Origin: Saprospiraceae bacterium | Lineage (GTDB): Bacteria; Bacteroidota; Bacteroidia; Chitinophagales; Saprospiraceae | Length of the DNA stretch: 64,000 nt | NCBI GenBank assembly: GCA_021298335.1 | Contig: JAJTEZ010000005.1 | Coordinates: 10,822 to 74,821, forward strand | Reading direction: 5' to 3' | Shown here: one piece after another, positions 9,645 through 19,048 of the stretch | Layout: every line of letters begins with the position of its first letter | How positions within the stretch are numbered: the first letter of the stretch is position 1 | Notes under the pieces: generated by a model | Seen by the model: only the letters and a program-made list of their open reading frames with translations | What the model was told of the DNA's origin: nothing | Databases searched by the model: none | Made by a program: the position numbers and the translations under genes

Positions 9645-11126
9645 CTATAGTTTTTTCTTTCTCGATGCGAGATCGTGATCAGACAGCGGTGTGTGTCCAT
9701 CCAATCCAATTATCCGGACTATTCCGCCGGTTCGCTCATAATCACGCTTAAAATGATGCAGGTTTTCCATCACAGAATGGTCTGTTAACCGGGTTTGCTG
9801 CAGATCAATTGTGACATTAAATCCGCCGGGTATGCTCTCAAGACTGTTTTTAATGCCAATAAAGTTGGTAAAAACAGCCGCTTTATCTACCTCCACATGA
9901 TACTCATCTTCTGCAAAAGAAATTGAGACAGGTGCTTTAAATAAAGACCTTAAAGGAACTCCGTTGATTACATGTAAAATAAGTTTGAGCAATATGCCAG
10001 CTGCAATCCCCACCAGTAAATCTTCCGCCAGTGTAAAAAAGATTGTGGTTAGAAAGATTGCTAACTGCTCTCTTCCAATCTGAAAAGTATGCACAAATTC
10101 CTTTGGATGAGCCAGTTTAATTCCCACCGAAATCAACATGGCTGCCAATGCTGCATTGGGAATCATTTCTATGTATTTTGCAGCCAAAAGCACAAAAATC
10201 AGAATAAAAAACCCGTGGAAAAAGTTGGCCCATCTCGTTTTTGCTCCGTTATTTACGTTGGCTGAACTTCTGGCTACTTCTGAAATCATCGGTAGTCCAC
10301 CAAGAACAGAAGTAATCGCGTTGCCAATGCCTACAGCAATCAGGTCTTTGTTGTTGTCTGATTTTCTCTTGTAGGGGTCTAGCTGATCGATCGCTTTGAC
10401 TGTAAGCAGAGATTCCAGTGAGCCCACCAATGCAAACATTATGACATATTTGATGAAAATACCCGGATGAGCCAATCCTCCAAAATCAACATTCCAATGG
10501 ATGTTTTCCAGCAAATTTCCGATGTTTACCAGCGCATACTGAGGCTCGGTATGTTGAAAATCCATCATCAACTCTGCCGGAACCGCAATACACAATACGA
10601 CCAGAGGTGCTGGAAGTTTTCCCAATGTAAATTTCTTTAAATAAGGCCAGCCCATCATGATTGCAAGACTGATCACACCAATCATTGTTCCTCTCGGATC
10701 CAGGTTTGAAACAATCTCCGGCAGTGAACCCAGGATGGCCAGAGGACCCTTTCCTTTCATGAGGGCAGGATCAACATTCATCATGACAGGTAATTGTTTT
10801 GCAATGATGATGATGCCAATGGCTGCCAACATACCATGTATGGCAGATAAAGGAAAGAAATCAGCCAACTTTCCAAATCGGAATACTCCAAAAAGGATTT
10901 GTACAATTGCGGCAACAAACATAGCCCCCAGAGCCAGATGCCACCCTGTCTCTCCCCCCCCAAATTCTGTCACAGATCCAGCAACAATGACTATTAATCC
11001 GGCAGCAGGACCTTTTATTGTGAGTCGGCTTCCCGCTAAAATGCTGACTACCATGCCCCCTACAATCGCTGTTATCAATCCCATGATGGGGGGAAATTCT
11101 GAAGCTTTGGCTATGCCTAAACTCAA
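9645..11126 (-). CDS. SulP-family anion (probable bicarbonate) transporter with C-terminal STAS domain; 5' end disrupted or ambiguous
   Basis: SulP core motifs GPAAGLIVIVAG and SEVARSSANVNNGAKTRW. The ORF as listed starts at a TTG in the middle of TM1 (..LSLGIAKAS). The likely original ATG is at 11194..11192 in a different frame; see findings. Confidence 0.8.
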   Translation of the reverse strand: MSLGIAKASEFPPIMGLITAIVGGMVVSILAGSRLTIKGPAAGLIVIVAGSVTEFGGGETGWHLALGAMFVAAIVQILFGVFRFGKLADFFPLSAIHGMLAAIGIIIIAKQLPVMMNVDPALMKGKGPLAILGSLPEIVSNLDPRGTMIGVISLAIMMGWPYLKKFTLGKLPAPLVVLCIAVPAELMMDFQHTEPQYALVNIGNLLENIHWNVDFGGLAHPGIFIKYVIMFALVGSLESLLTVKAIDQLDPYKRKSDNNKDLIAVGIGNAITSVLGGLPMISEVARSSANVNNGAKTRWANFFHGFFILIFVLLAAKYIEMIPNAALAAMLISVGIKLAHPKEFVHTFQIGREQLAIFLTTIFFTLAEDLLVGIAAGILLKLILHVINGVPLRSLFKAPVSISFAEDEYHVEVDKAAVFTNFIGIKNSLESIPGGFNVTIDLQQTRLTDHSVMENLHHFKRDYERTGGIVRIIGLDGHTPLSDHDLASRKKKL

Positions 11127-11278
11127 AGGCAGCGCGAGTAAAAAAACTAAAGGCCGGAAATGCCGTCCTGAGGAACTGCTTGATAAGATTCCATATTAAC
11201 TATTTGTTGAAGTACAAAAAAGGAGTACTCGGGACAAGAATTGACACGCGAATACAGAATTTTGAATAATTCTAAATA

Positions 11279-11659
11279 CTAGACTTCAAACAAATCAATC
11301 TTCCAGCAATGGAAAAGGAGAAATAATGATTTTTTGACGTAACCGGGAGGAGTATCAGATAAATCATTGCATTTGTTAAGGAATACCTTTCCTGGCTGCA
11401 AAAATTGCCGTATGTCACATGCCAGGCCTTGAAAAGTGCCGATGCTTTCAGTGTCATCTTCTGAAATTTCTGTCTGCTCTTCCTTATTAAAACCGGAGAA
11501 CTGACCTAAAAAACCCGATTCGTCTTGGGTTTCTTTTGCTGAATTCAAATATGCCTGATCCCCGTGAATAGGAAATTCAATCCTTACAGGAGGAATGGTG
11601 CTCAGCGCAAGAAGCTGAAGAATGAGAAAAAAACTTAAAAGCCGCGATACAATTTTCAT
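11279..11659 (-). CDS. Hypothetical small secreted protein (signal peptide, acidic middle, Cys pair)
   Basis: ATG ORF of 126 aa beginning MKIVSRLLSFFLILQLLALS. It lies 84 nt upstream of the SulP ATG on the same strand. Confidence 0.5.
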   Translation of the reverse strand: MKIVSRLLSFFLILQLLALSTIPPVRIEFPIHGDQAYLNSAKETQDESGFLGQFSGFNKEEQTEISEDDTESIGTFQGLACDIRQFLQPGKVFLNKCNDLSDTPPGYVKKSLFLLFHCWKIDLFEV

Positions 11660-11775
11660 TGAAAATTGGATGGGTGTAAAAAACTGATAACCCCACCAAA
11701 AGTACGGTGGTTTTATAATTCATCACAAAATTCCGGTAAAAAACTAAAAAATCAAGAATCCTCCAATAAGCAATA

Positions 11776-12432
11776 TTATCTGTTGATCATTTTATATACA
11801 AAAGGAATTGTAGTAAACAAAACTATGCACAACACAATATATCCAAGATTACTAGATAAGTCGTAATTATATTTTTCTATTAAAAAAGCGTTTAGATAGT
11901 GTCCTGTCAACACCATTGAGATCGTCCAGGTCAGGCAGCCTGTAATATTAAATAGCATAAAACGTTGATAATTCATCTGTACCGTCCCTGCGACTATAGG
12001 AGCAAAAGTACGTATAAAGGGAATAAACCGGGCGACGAAGATCGTTAATGAACCGTGTTTGTCATAGTACTTTTTAGCATCATTCAAATGCCTGTGCTTA
12101 AAAAATAAGGTATCTTTCCCCTCATACAGGCGCTGACCCCCCTTCTTTCCAAACCAATACCCAAAAATATTGCCCAAAACTCCAGAAAATGAAATACATA
12201 AAATAATGAGCGTGAGTCTCAGAATTTCGTTTTCTACAGGTATCACTCCTTCCATCAGTCGATTGCTAAAAACACCCGCCACAAACAATAAAGAATCTCC
12301 CGGCAAAAAGAACCCAGCAAACAAGCCGGTTTCTGCAAACACCACAAACATAATCAATAGAATACCCCCGTTGGCTACATACCATTGCGGTTGCAGTAAA
12401 TCTGTAAAATGAAGTAAACTAAACAACCACAC
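11776..12432 (-). CDS. DedA-family (VTT domain) membrane protein
   Basis: FFLPGDSLLFVAG, ARFIPFIRTFAPIVAG; 218 aa. Confidence 0.85.
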   Translation of the reverse strand: MWLFSLLHFTDLLQPQWYVANGGILLIMFVVFAETGLFAGFFLPGDSLLFVAGVFSNRLMEGVIPVENEILRLTLIILCISFSGVLGNIFGYWFGKKGGQRLYEGKDTLFFKHRHLNDAKKYYDKHGSLTIFVARFIPFIRTFAPIVAGTVQMNYQRFMLFNITGCLTWTISMVLTGHYLNAFLIEKYNYDLSSNLGYIVLCIVLFTTIPFVYKMINR

Positions 12433-12546
12433 AAATTTTATCTCTACTCTGTGTCATAATCAAATTGAAATACAATCATGCAAATTTGCACACTTTCATT
12501 GTGATTTGATTGATCTTCACAATCTTTTTCTTTTCCCTTTGCTTTG

Positions 12547-13233
12547 TCATTTTCTGTTTCGCAGTACCTCCACCACAATAGGAAGCAATGAAACCCCAAT
12601 AATGCCAAAGATTACTGTTTCAAAATGTTCTTGTATAATGGGTATGTTTCCAAAAAAATATCCCAGCATGGTCAGGCCAACTACCCAGACTATTCCTCCA
12701 ATGACATTGAAGCGAAGAAACTGTGAATAAGCCATTTCTCCAATGCCGGCAACAAACGGGGCAAATGTGCGCACGATTGGGACAAATCTGGCAATAATAA
12801 TCGTCCTGCTTCCATGCTTAGCATAAAACGCACGGGTTTGATCTAAATATTTCTCTTTCACAAGACGAAATCCACCTATTTCCCACTGTAACACCTTCAA
12901 ACCAATCGAACTTCCCAACTTATAGTTTACACTGTCACCCGCTACGGCGGCCACTATCAGGGAAACCAACACAATCCAGAGACTCAGCTCAGCCGACTCT
13001 CCCTGCTCATTGATTACACCTGCACAAAATGCTCCTGCAGCAAAAAGCAAAGAGTCTCCCGGCAAAAAAGGCATCACAACAAGACCTGTTTCCACAAATA
13101 CAATCAGAAACAAAAACACATATATCCAAACACCATATTCCCTGATGAGTGTAAATAAATGGTCGTCAATGTGTAAAATAAAATCAAGTAATGTCTGAAT
13201 AATTTCCATTGGATGCTGAGGATTACTCCACAA
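12547..13233 (-). CDS. DedA-family (VTT domain) membrane protein, tandem paralogue
   Basis: PFLPGDSLLFAAG, ARFVPIVRTFAPFVAG; 228 aa. Confidence 0.85.
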   Translation of the reverse strand: MWSNPQHPMEIIQTLLDFILHIDDHLFTLIREYGVWIYVFLFLIVFVETGLVVMPFLPGDSLLFAAGAFCAGVINEQGESAELSLWIVLVSLIVAAVAGDSVNYKLGSSIGLKVLQWEIGGFRLVKEKYLDQTRAFYAKHGSRTIIIARFVPIVRTFAPFVAGIGEMAYSQFLRFNVIGGIVWVVGLTMLGYFFGNIPIIQEHFETVIFGIIGVSLLPIVVEVLRNRK

Positions 13234-13481
13234 ATGTACATGTTTAGACCTTGCTTTTCCTTCTGCTAAAAAGAATTCTAAGAGATTCTTTTTACGGTCT
13301 TCTCAAATCAGAAATTCAGGATGAATCTGCATCAAAAATTTGATTGCGCACATCCTGTAAGAGAACTATTGTTGTTCTCTGTAATTCAAGGTTTTAAGAA
13401 AAATATTTGGCAAGAAACACACTTGTTTTAAACGCAAATAAAAATATTATTTTATTAAAAACTAAATAAGCAAATTATGCT

Positions 13482-13489
13482 TACTTTTG
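13482..13489 (+). promoter_or_regulatory. Candidate Bacteroidota -7 promoter box (TAnnTTTG) upstream of nuoA
   Basis: TACTTTTG lies about 40 nt upstream of the nuoA ATG. No clear -33 element was found. Confidence 0.3.
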
Positions 13490-13529
13490 CAATGCGATAG
13501 TAAATGACTGTCTGTAAACCCTTTGAGAG

Positions 13530-13910
13530 ATGGAGAGTATATCTATTGATGCCATTCAAATGGACTATCTTGCGATTTTAGCGCAATTCGTTATAGCATC
13601 AGGTTTTGTTTTGGGGACCTTTTTTTTGACTCATAAGCTGGGGCCAAAGTTTAAAAGTGATAAAAAACTACAGGCTTTCGAATGTGGTCTTGAGTCAATC
13701 GGCGATGCGCGTCTTCCCTTCTCTGTAAAATATTTTCTTGCGGCCATCTTGTTTGTCTTGTTTGATGCAGAAATTATTTTTTTCTATCCCTGGGCGGTAA
13801 ATTTCAGAGAACTTGGCGAATCCGGATTACTTAAAATGGTGCTGTTTGTATCTCCCTTCCTTCTGGGATTTTATTATGTCATTAAAAAGGGTGCATTGAA
13901 ATGGGAATAA
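13530..13910 (+). CDS. nuoA: NADH-quinone oxidoreductase subunit A
   Basis: 126 aa; FECG..., FLAAILFVLFDAEIIFFYPWA; first gene of the operon. Confidence 0.9.
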   Translation: MESISIDAIQMDYLAILAQFVIASGFVLGTFFLTHKLGPKFKSDKKLQAFECGLESIGDARLPFSVKYFLAAILFVLFDAEIIFFYPWAVNFRELGESGLLKMVLFVSPFLLGFYYVIKKGALKWE

Positions 13911-14455
13911 ATCCAGAACTGATACCAATAAAAAATGGTCCGGAAATGTATACCGGAGAAGGGTATGGGCTGACTCAAATCGAAAAAGTCATCGGTCTTG
14001 CCAGAGCCAATTCCATCTGGCCTCTTCCCTTTGCTACCTCTTGTTGTGGAATTGAGTTTATGGCCACAATGGCAGCCACCTACGATTTAGGAAGATTCGG
14101 TGCCGAAAGGCTTAGCTTCTCTCCGAGACAGGCAGATCTTCTGATGGTTATGGGTACGATTGCAAAAAAAATGGGCCCAGTACTTAGACAGGTTTATATC
14201 CAAATGGCGGAACCAAAATGGGTGATTGCCGTGGGTGCATGCGCCAGCAGTGGTGGTATTTTTGACACTTACTCGGTTCTCCAGGGCATTGATAAGGTAA
14301 TCCCTGTCGATGTGTATGTGCCTGGCTGCCCCCCCCCTCCTGAAGCAATTCTCGACGGTATTCTGAAAATTCAGGATCTGATCAAACAAGAGCCTATCCG
14401 GCGAAGAGAATCACCGCAGTATAAAGAATTACTCGCGAGTTACGACATACAATGA
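13901..14455 (+). CDS. nuoB: NADH-quinone oxidoreductase subunit B
   Basis: SCCGIEFMA, GACASSGG and PGCPP cluster N2 motifs. Confidence 0.95.
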   Translation: MGINPELIPIKNGPEMYTGEGYGLTQIEKVIGLARANSIWPLPFATSCCGIEFMATMAATYDLGRFGAERLSFSPRQADLLMVMGTIAKKMGPVLRQVYIQMAEPKWVIAVGACASSGGIFDTYSVLQGIDKVIPVDVYVPGCPPPPEAILDGILKIQDLIKQEPIRRRESPQYKELLASYDIQ

Positions 14456-14967
14456 GTAAGGTAGAAAAAACAGACAACCAGTTTGTCAGAGAAAGCATTC
14501 AAAACCAGTTTGGACCAGCCGTAAAAAGCATCGAAGAGAGCTATGGTATGCTCGATATTGTGATCAGCAAGGACACCCTGATTCCTGTAATTACATGGTT
14601 AAAAAAAACTGAAACACTTCGGTTTCAGTTTTTGACAAGCCTTTGCGGTGTGCATTATCCGGAGCAGAAGGAATTTGAGTTTTCAGTGGTTTATCACCTG
14701 CATAGTCTGACGCAAAATATCCGCATTCGCATTCATATTTTCATGCCTGAATCTGATCTGAAGGTGCCCACACTCACCACCTTGTTTGCCGGAGCCAACT
14801 GGATGGAACGGGAAACATTTGAATTTTATGGCATTCAATTCACTGGACACCCTGATCTTCGTACCATATTGAATGTCGAAGACATGAACTATCACCCACT
14901 GAGAAAACAATACCCTCTTGTAGACAACACAAGAACTGACAAAGATGATAAATATTTCGGACGATAA
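14452..14967 (+). CDS. nuoC: NADH-quinone oxidoreductase subunit C
   Basis: ANWMERETFEFYGIQFTGHPDLR motif; ATGA overlap with nuoB. Confidence 0.9.
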   Translation: MSKVEKTDNQFVRESIQNQFGPAVKSIEESYGMLDIVISKDTLIPVITWLKKTETLRFQFLTSLCGVHYPEQKEFEFSVVYHLHSLTQNIRIRIHIFMPESDLKVPTLTTLFAGANWMERETFEFYGIQFTGHPDLRTILNVEDMNYHPLRKQYPLVDNTRTDKDDKYFGR

Positions 14968-16183
14968 TTTTCACAATGACCATCGGATTAATGGTCATGT
15001 AGAACCGGAGGAAGACATCCGGCAATACAATTACCTTAATTTGGGACCTACCCATCCCGCCACTCATGGCATCTTCCAGAATATCCTGAAAATGGATGGT
15101 GAAATCATCGTAGAAGCGGAGCCCACAATCGGTTATATACACCGCGCGTTCGAAAAACTAGCAGAAAACAGACCTTTTTACCAAATACCTACAATCACTG
15201 ACCGACTCAATTACTGTTCTGCGCCCATCAACAATATCGGATGGCATCTGACCATTGAAAAACTACTCGGTGTTGAAACGCCCAAACGGGTAGATTACCT
15301 TCGCGTCATCATTATGGAACTGGCGCGTATTGCTGACCACATCATCTGCAACAGTGTAATTGCCGTCGACACTGGTGCTCTTACGGGATTTTTGTATGTT
15401 TTTCAGTGGAGGGAAAAAATTTATGATATTTACGAAGAAATCTGTGGCGCAAGACTCACAACCAATATCGGTCGAATCGGTGGCTTTGAAAGGGATTTCA
15501 ACGAAACAGTTTTTGCCCGAATTGAACACTTTCTGAAAGAGTTTCCGGCAGCACTCAAAGAATTCGAAAGTTTGGTCATGAGAAACCGAATTTTCATGGA
15601 TAGGACCATCCAGGTAGGGGGAATATCAGCAGAAAGGGCTCTTGAGTATAGCTTTACTGGTCCAAATCTTCGTGCAGCGGGAGTGGATTATGACGTGCGG
15701 GTCATGACCCCCTACTGTTCATATGAGGATTTTGATTTTACAATACCCCTAGGATCTTCTGGTGATACCTATGACAGATTTTGTGTCCGCCAGGAAGAAA
15801 TGTGGCAAAGCCTAAGCATCATTCGTCAGGCACTGAAAAACCTTCCGGAGGGAAATTTTCATGCTGATGTTCCTGAATTTTACCTTCCTCCAAAAGAAAA
15901 TGTATACAATTCCATGGAAGGCCTCATTTGGCACTTTAAAATTGTGATGGGTGAGATCAATGTTCCCAAAGGACAGGTTTACCAGTGTGTAGAAGGCGGC
16001 AATGGTGAATTGGGATTTTATCTGATTTCAGACGGTGGAAGACAACCTTTCCGTCTTCACTTTAGAAGACCATGTTTTATTTATTATCAGGCATACCCTG
16101 AAATGATTCAGGGCAGTATGCTTAGTGATGCCATTCTGACTATGAGTAGCATGAATGTCATTGCCGGTGAACTTGATGCATAA
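14945..16183 (+). CDS. nuoD: NADH-quinone oxidoreductase subunit D
   Basis: LNLGPTHPATHG, RIADHI, and C-terminal PCFIYYQAYPEMIQG..DAILTMSSMNVIAGELD. Confidence 0.95.
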   Translation: MINISDDNFHNDHRINGHVEPEEDIRQYNYLNLGPTHPATHGIFQNILKMDGEIIVEAEPTIGYIHRAFEKLAENRPFYQIPTITDRLNYCSAPINNIGWHLTIEKLLGVETPKRVDYLRVIIMELARIADHIICNSVIAVDTGALTGFLYVFQWREKIYDIYEEICGARLTTNIGRIGGFERDFNETVFARIEHFLKEFPAALKEFESLVMRNRIFMDRTIQVGGISAERALEYSFTGPNLRAAGVDYDVRVMTPYCSYEDFDFTIPLGSSGDTYDRFCVRQEEMWQSLSIIRQALKNLPEGNFHADVPEFYLPPKENVYNSMEGLIWHFKIVMGEINVPKGQVYQCVEGGNGELGFYLISDGGRQPFRLHFRRPCFIYYQAYPEMIQGSMLSDAILTMSSMNVIAGELDA

Positions 16184-16194
16184 AAGCAGTAAAA

Positions 16195-16710
16195 ATGACA
16201 AACTTGCAGGAATTATCTATCAGCACTGAAGCAGCCGAAAATGTCCGGAGGATTATCTCTCAATATCCTGCAGACAAAAAAAAATCAGCGCTGCTTCCAG
16301 TGTTGCACATTGTTCAGAATGAAACCGAAGGGTGGCTCACAATCAATACAATGGATAATGTAGCTAAATTGCTCGAAATCACTCCCATTGAAGTGTACGA
16401 AGTGGCCACATTTTACTCTATGTATCATATTGAGCCTGTGGGAAAACACGTCATCGAAGTTTGCCAGACCGGACCCTGTATGATTTGTGGATCAGAAAAA
16501 CTAGTGCACTACCTTGAAAAGAAACTGGGAATCCTTGTTGGACAAACAACTCCTGACGGCATGTTTACTCTGAAAACTGTAGAATGTCTGGGAGCCTGCG
16601 GTTACGCACCCATGTTTCAGATTGGCGAAACCTATTACGAAAACCTGACCGAAGAAAAAGTAGATCAAATCCTTGACTCACTTCTTTCTGCAACGTCTTC
16701 CAATATATAA
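16195..16710 (+). CDS. nuoE: NADH-quinone oxidoreductase subunit E (2Fe-2S)
   Basis: CQTGPCMICG ... CLGACGYAP cysteine pattern. Confidence 0.9.
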   Translation: MTNLQELSISTEAAENVRRIISQYPADKKKSALLPVLHIVQNETEGWLTINTMDNVAKLLEITPIEVYEVATFYSMYHIEPVGKHVIEVCQTGPCMICGSEKLVHYLEKKLGILVGQTTPDGMFTLKTVECLGACGYAPMFQIGETYYENLTEEKVDQILDSLLSATSSNI

Positions 16711-16714
16711 TGTG

Positions 16715-18070
16715 ATGGCGAGAAAGTTATTACTTGAACTTGCGGATATACCACAAATTCAAAACATCGATACTTATATCAGTCATGGGGGGTACAGGTC
16801 TCTGGAAAAGGCATTGAAAAAAATGACCCCTGACGAAATTACTGAGGAAGTAAAAAAATCGGGCCTTCGGGGTCGGGGAGGAGCTGGATTTTCCACGGGC
16901 CTGAAATGGTCGTTTCTGGACAAATCAACCGACAAACCCAGATACCTTCTATGCAATGCAGATGAAAGTGAGCCAGGTACATTCAAGGACAGATACCTAA
17001 TGGAAAAGCTGCCGCATTTACTGATTGAGGGAATGATTCTTTCCAGCTATGCACTAGGGTCAAATACCAGCTATATTTATATCAGAGGAGAATATATGTT
17101 TGTGCTGAGAAAGCTGGAAAAAGCCATTCAGGAAGCATATTCCAAAGGATTTCTGGGAAAAAACATATTAAATTCAGGGTTTGATCTCGACCTATACGTA
17201 CATCCAGGTGCAGGAGCCTATATCTGTGGGGAAGAAACTGCTCTGATCGAATCGCTGGAGGGAAAGCGAGGTAATCCCCGCATCAAGCCCCCGTTTCCCG
17301 CAGTTTCAGGGCTTTGGGGTTGTCCTACAATTGTCAACAATGTGGAAAGTATCGCTGCTGTCGTTCCGATTATAAATGATGGCGGAGATGAGTATGCAAA
17401 AATCGGATTGGGTAAGTCTACCGGCACAAAATTAATTTCTGCTTCCGGAAATATTCAAAAACCCGGAGTTTACGAAATTGACATGGGTATTACTGTAGAA
17501 GAGTTTATATATTCCGATGAGTATTGTGGCGGCATGAAAGATGGTCTGGAATTAAAAGCCTGTGTGCCTGGCGGATCTTCTGTTCCGATTTTACCCAGAC
17601 ACCTTTTATTCAGGGAAAGTAATGGCGATTCTCGGCGAATGACATACGAAAGCCTCTCCGAAGGAGGTTTTACATCAGGTTCTATGCTGGGTTCCGGCGG
17701 CTTTATAGTCTACGATGAAAAACAGTGCATCGTAAGAAATACATGGAATTTCGCACGGTTTTATCACCATGAAAGTTGTGGCCAGTGTAGTCCTTGCAGG
17801 GAAGGGACCGGCTGGATGGAGAGGATTTTACATAATATCGAAAATGGTCGCGGAACAGAAGATGATATCCAATTACTCTGGCAGGTTCAAAAAAACATCG
17901 AGGGTAATACCATCTGTCCTCTTGGGGATGCCGCTGCTTGGCCGGTAGCTGCAGCTATAAGGCATTTCAGACACGAATTTGAATACCATGTAAAATACCC
18001 TGAAAGAGTTTTCGATGCAGATCACACATATCAGCCAGAAATTCAGCAGACTTATAGTTTGACAACTTAA
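16715..18070 (+). CDS. nuoF: NADH-quinone oxidoreductase subunit F (FMN, NADH, 4Fe-4S)
   Basis: GLRGRGGAGFSTGLKW, CNADESEPGTFKDR, ESCGQCSPCREG. I chose the ATG at 16715 (MARKLL), just after the nuoE stop, rather than the longer overlapping ORF. Confidence 0.95.
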   Translation: MARKLLLELADIPQIQNIDTYISHGGYRSLEKALKKMTPDEITEEVKKSGLRGRGGAGFSTGLKWSFLDKSTDKPRYLLCNADESEPGTFKDRYLMEKLPHLLIEGMILSSYALGSNTSYIYIRGEYMFVLRKLEKAIQEAYSKGFLGKNILNSGFDLDLYVHPGAGAYICGEETALIESLEGKRGNPRIKPPFPAVSGLWGCPTIVNNVESIAAVVPIINDGGDEYAKIGLGKSTGTKLISASGNIQKPGVYEIDMGITVEEFIYSDEYCGGMKDGLELKACVPGGSSVPILPRHLLFRESNGDSRRMTYESLSEGGFTSGSMLGSGGFIVYDEKQCIVRNTWNFARFYHHESCGQCSPCREGTGWMERILHNIENGRGTEDDIQLLWQVQKNIEGNTICPLGDAAAWPVAAAIRHFRHEFEYHVKYPERVFDADHTYQPEIQQTYSLTT

Positions 18071-18085
18071 AATTGCGTACGGACA

Positions 18086-19048
18086 ATGCCAAAAGTCACA
18101 ATAGACGATATTTCTTTAGAGGTTCCATTAGGAACAACGATTCTACAGGCAGCCAGAATGATCGGCCAGAATGTGCCACCAGCTATGTGTTATTATAGTA
18201 AGCTGGAAGGCAGTGGTGGAAAGTGTCGCACATGCCTGGTACAAGTCGTAGCCGGATCTTATAAGGACCCCAGACCTATGCCAAAGTTGGTAGCCAGTTG
18301 CCGAACTACTGTCATGGATGGTATGGAGGTCAGAAATACGACTTCTTCTGAAGTACAGGAGGCACGAAAAGGTGTCACAGAGTTTCTTCTCGCAAATCAT
18401 CCCCTGGACTGTCCGGTATGTGATCAGGCCGGAGAATGCAAATTGCAAGATCTAAGCTATGAACATGGCCTCTCCAAAAGCAGGTATGAGTTTAAAAGAA
18501 GAGAATTTGACCGCATTGACATCGGTGATAAAATACAGCTGCACATGAACCGCTGTATACTTTGTTACCGTTGTACTCAAGTGGCAGAACAGCTGACCCC
18601 GGAAAGAGTCCATGGCGTTCTACACAGAGGGGAACATTCTGAAATTTCCACGATGATAGAAAAGGCAATTGACAACGACTTTTCAGGCAATATGATTGAT
18701 GTTTGCCCTGTAGGAGCTCTGACAGACAAAACATTTCGATTTAAGTCCCGGGTATGGTTTACAAAACCTGTTTTTGCCCACAGAAACTGTCCAGGTTGCG
18801 AAGGAAAAGTGACTCTTTGGTATCAGGGAAGTGAAGTACTGCGTGTCACTTCCAGAAAAGACAAGTGGGGTGAAGCTGAATCCTTTATCTGTAACTCTTG
18901 TCGGTTTGACCATAAAAAAACAGAAGACTGGGTCATAGAAGGACCAGCGAAAATTGACAGCCATTCCGTCATTTCTCAGAATCACATGAAGTTCGAACTG
19001 CCTGTAATTCAACCTCTTTTAACAACTGAAAACGAGCAAACAGCATGA
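18086..19048 (+). CDS. nuoG: NADH-quinone oxidoreductase subunit G, short form (N-terminal Fe-S domains only)
   Basis: 2Fe-2S pattern CYYSKLEGSGGKCRTCLV, then HPLDCPVCDQAGECKLQD and CILCYRCTQV..CPVGAL. 320 aa; ATGA overlap with nuoH. Confidence 0.85.
   Translation: MPKVTIDDISLEVPLGTTILQAARMIGQNVPPAMCYYSKLEGSGGKCRTCLVQVVAGSYKDPRPMPKLVASCRTTVMDGMEVRNTTSSEVQEARKGVTEFLLANHPLDCPVCDQAGECKLQDLSYEHGLSKSRYEFKRREFDRIDIGDKIQLHMNRCILCYRCTQVAEQLTPERVHGVLHRGEHSEISTMIEKAIDNDFSGNMIDVCPVGALTDKTFRFKSRVWFTKPVFAHRNCPGCEGKVTLWYQGSEVLRVTSRKDKWGEAESFICNSCRFDHKKTEDWVIEGPAKIDSHSVISQNHMKFELPVIQPLLTTENEQTA

Noticed and set aside
18086-19048. NuoG is only 320 aa, so it might be a truncated pseudogene.
   Set aside because: All N-terminal Fe-S cysteine motifs are intact. 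The ORF ends in an ATGA overlap with nuoH, and there is no leftover molybdopterin-domain coding sequence in any frame. I treat it as a genuine short-form NuoG; I believe this is common in non-Bacteroides Bacteroidota but could not verify it.
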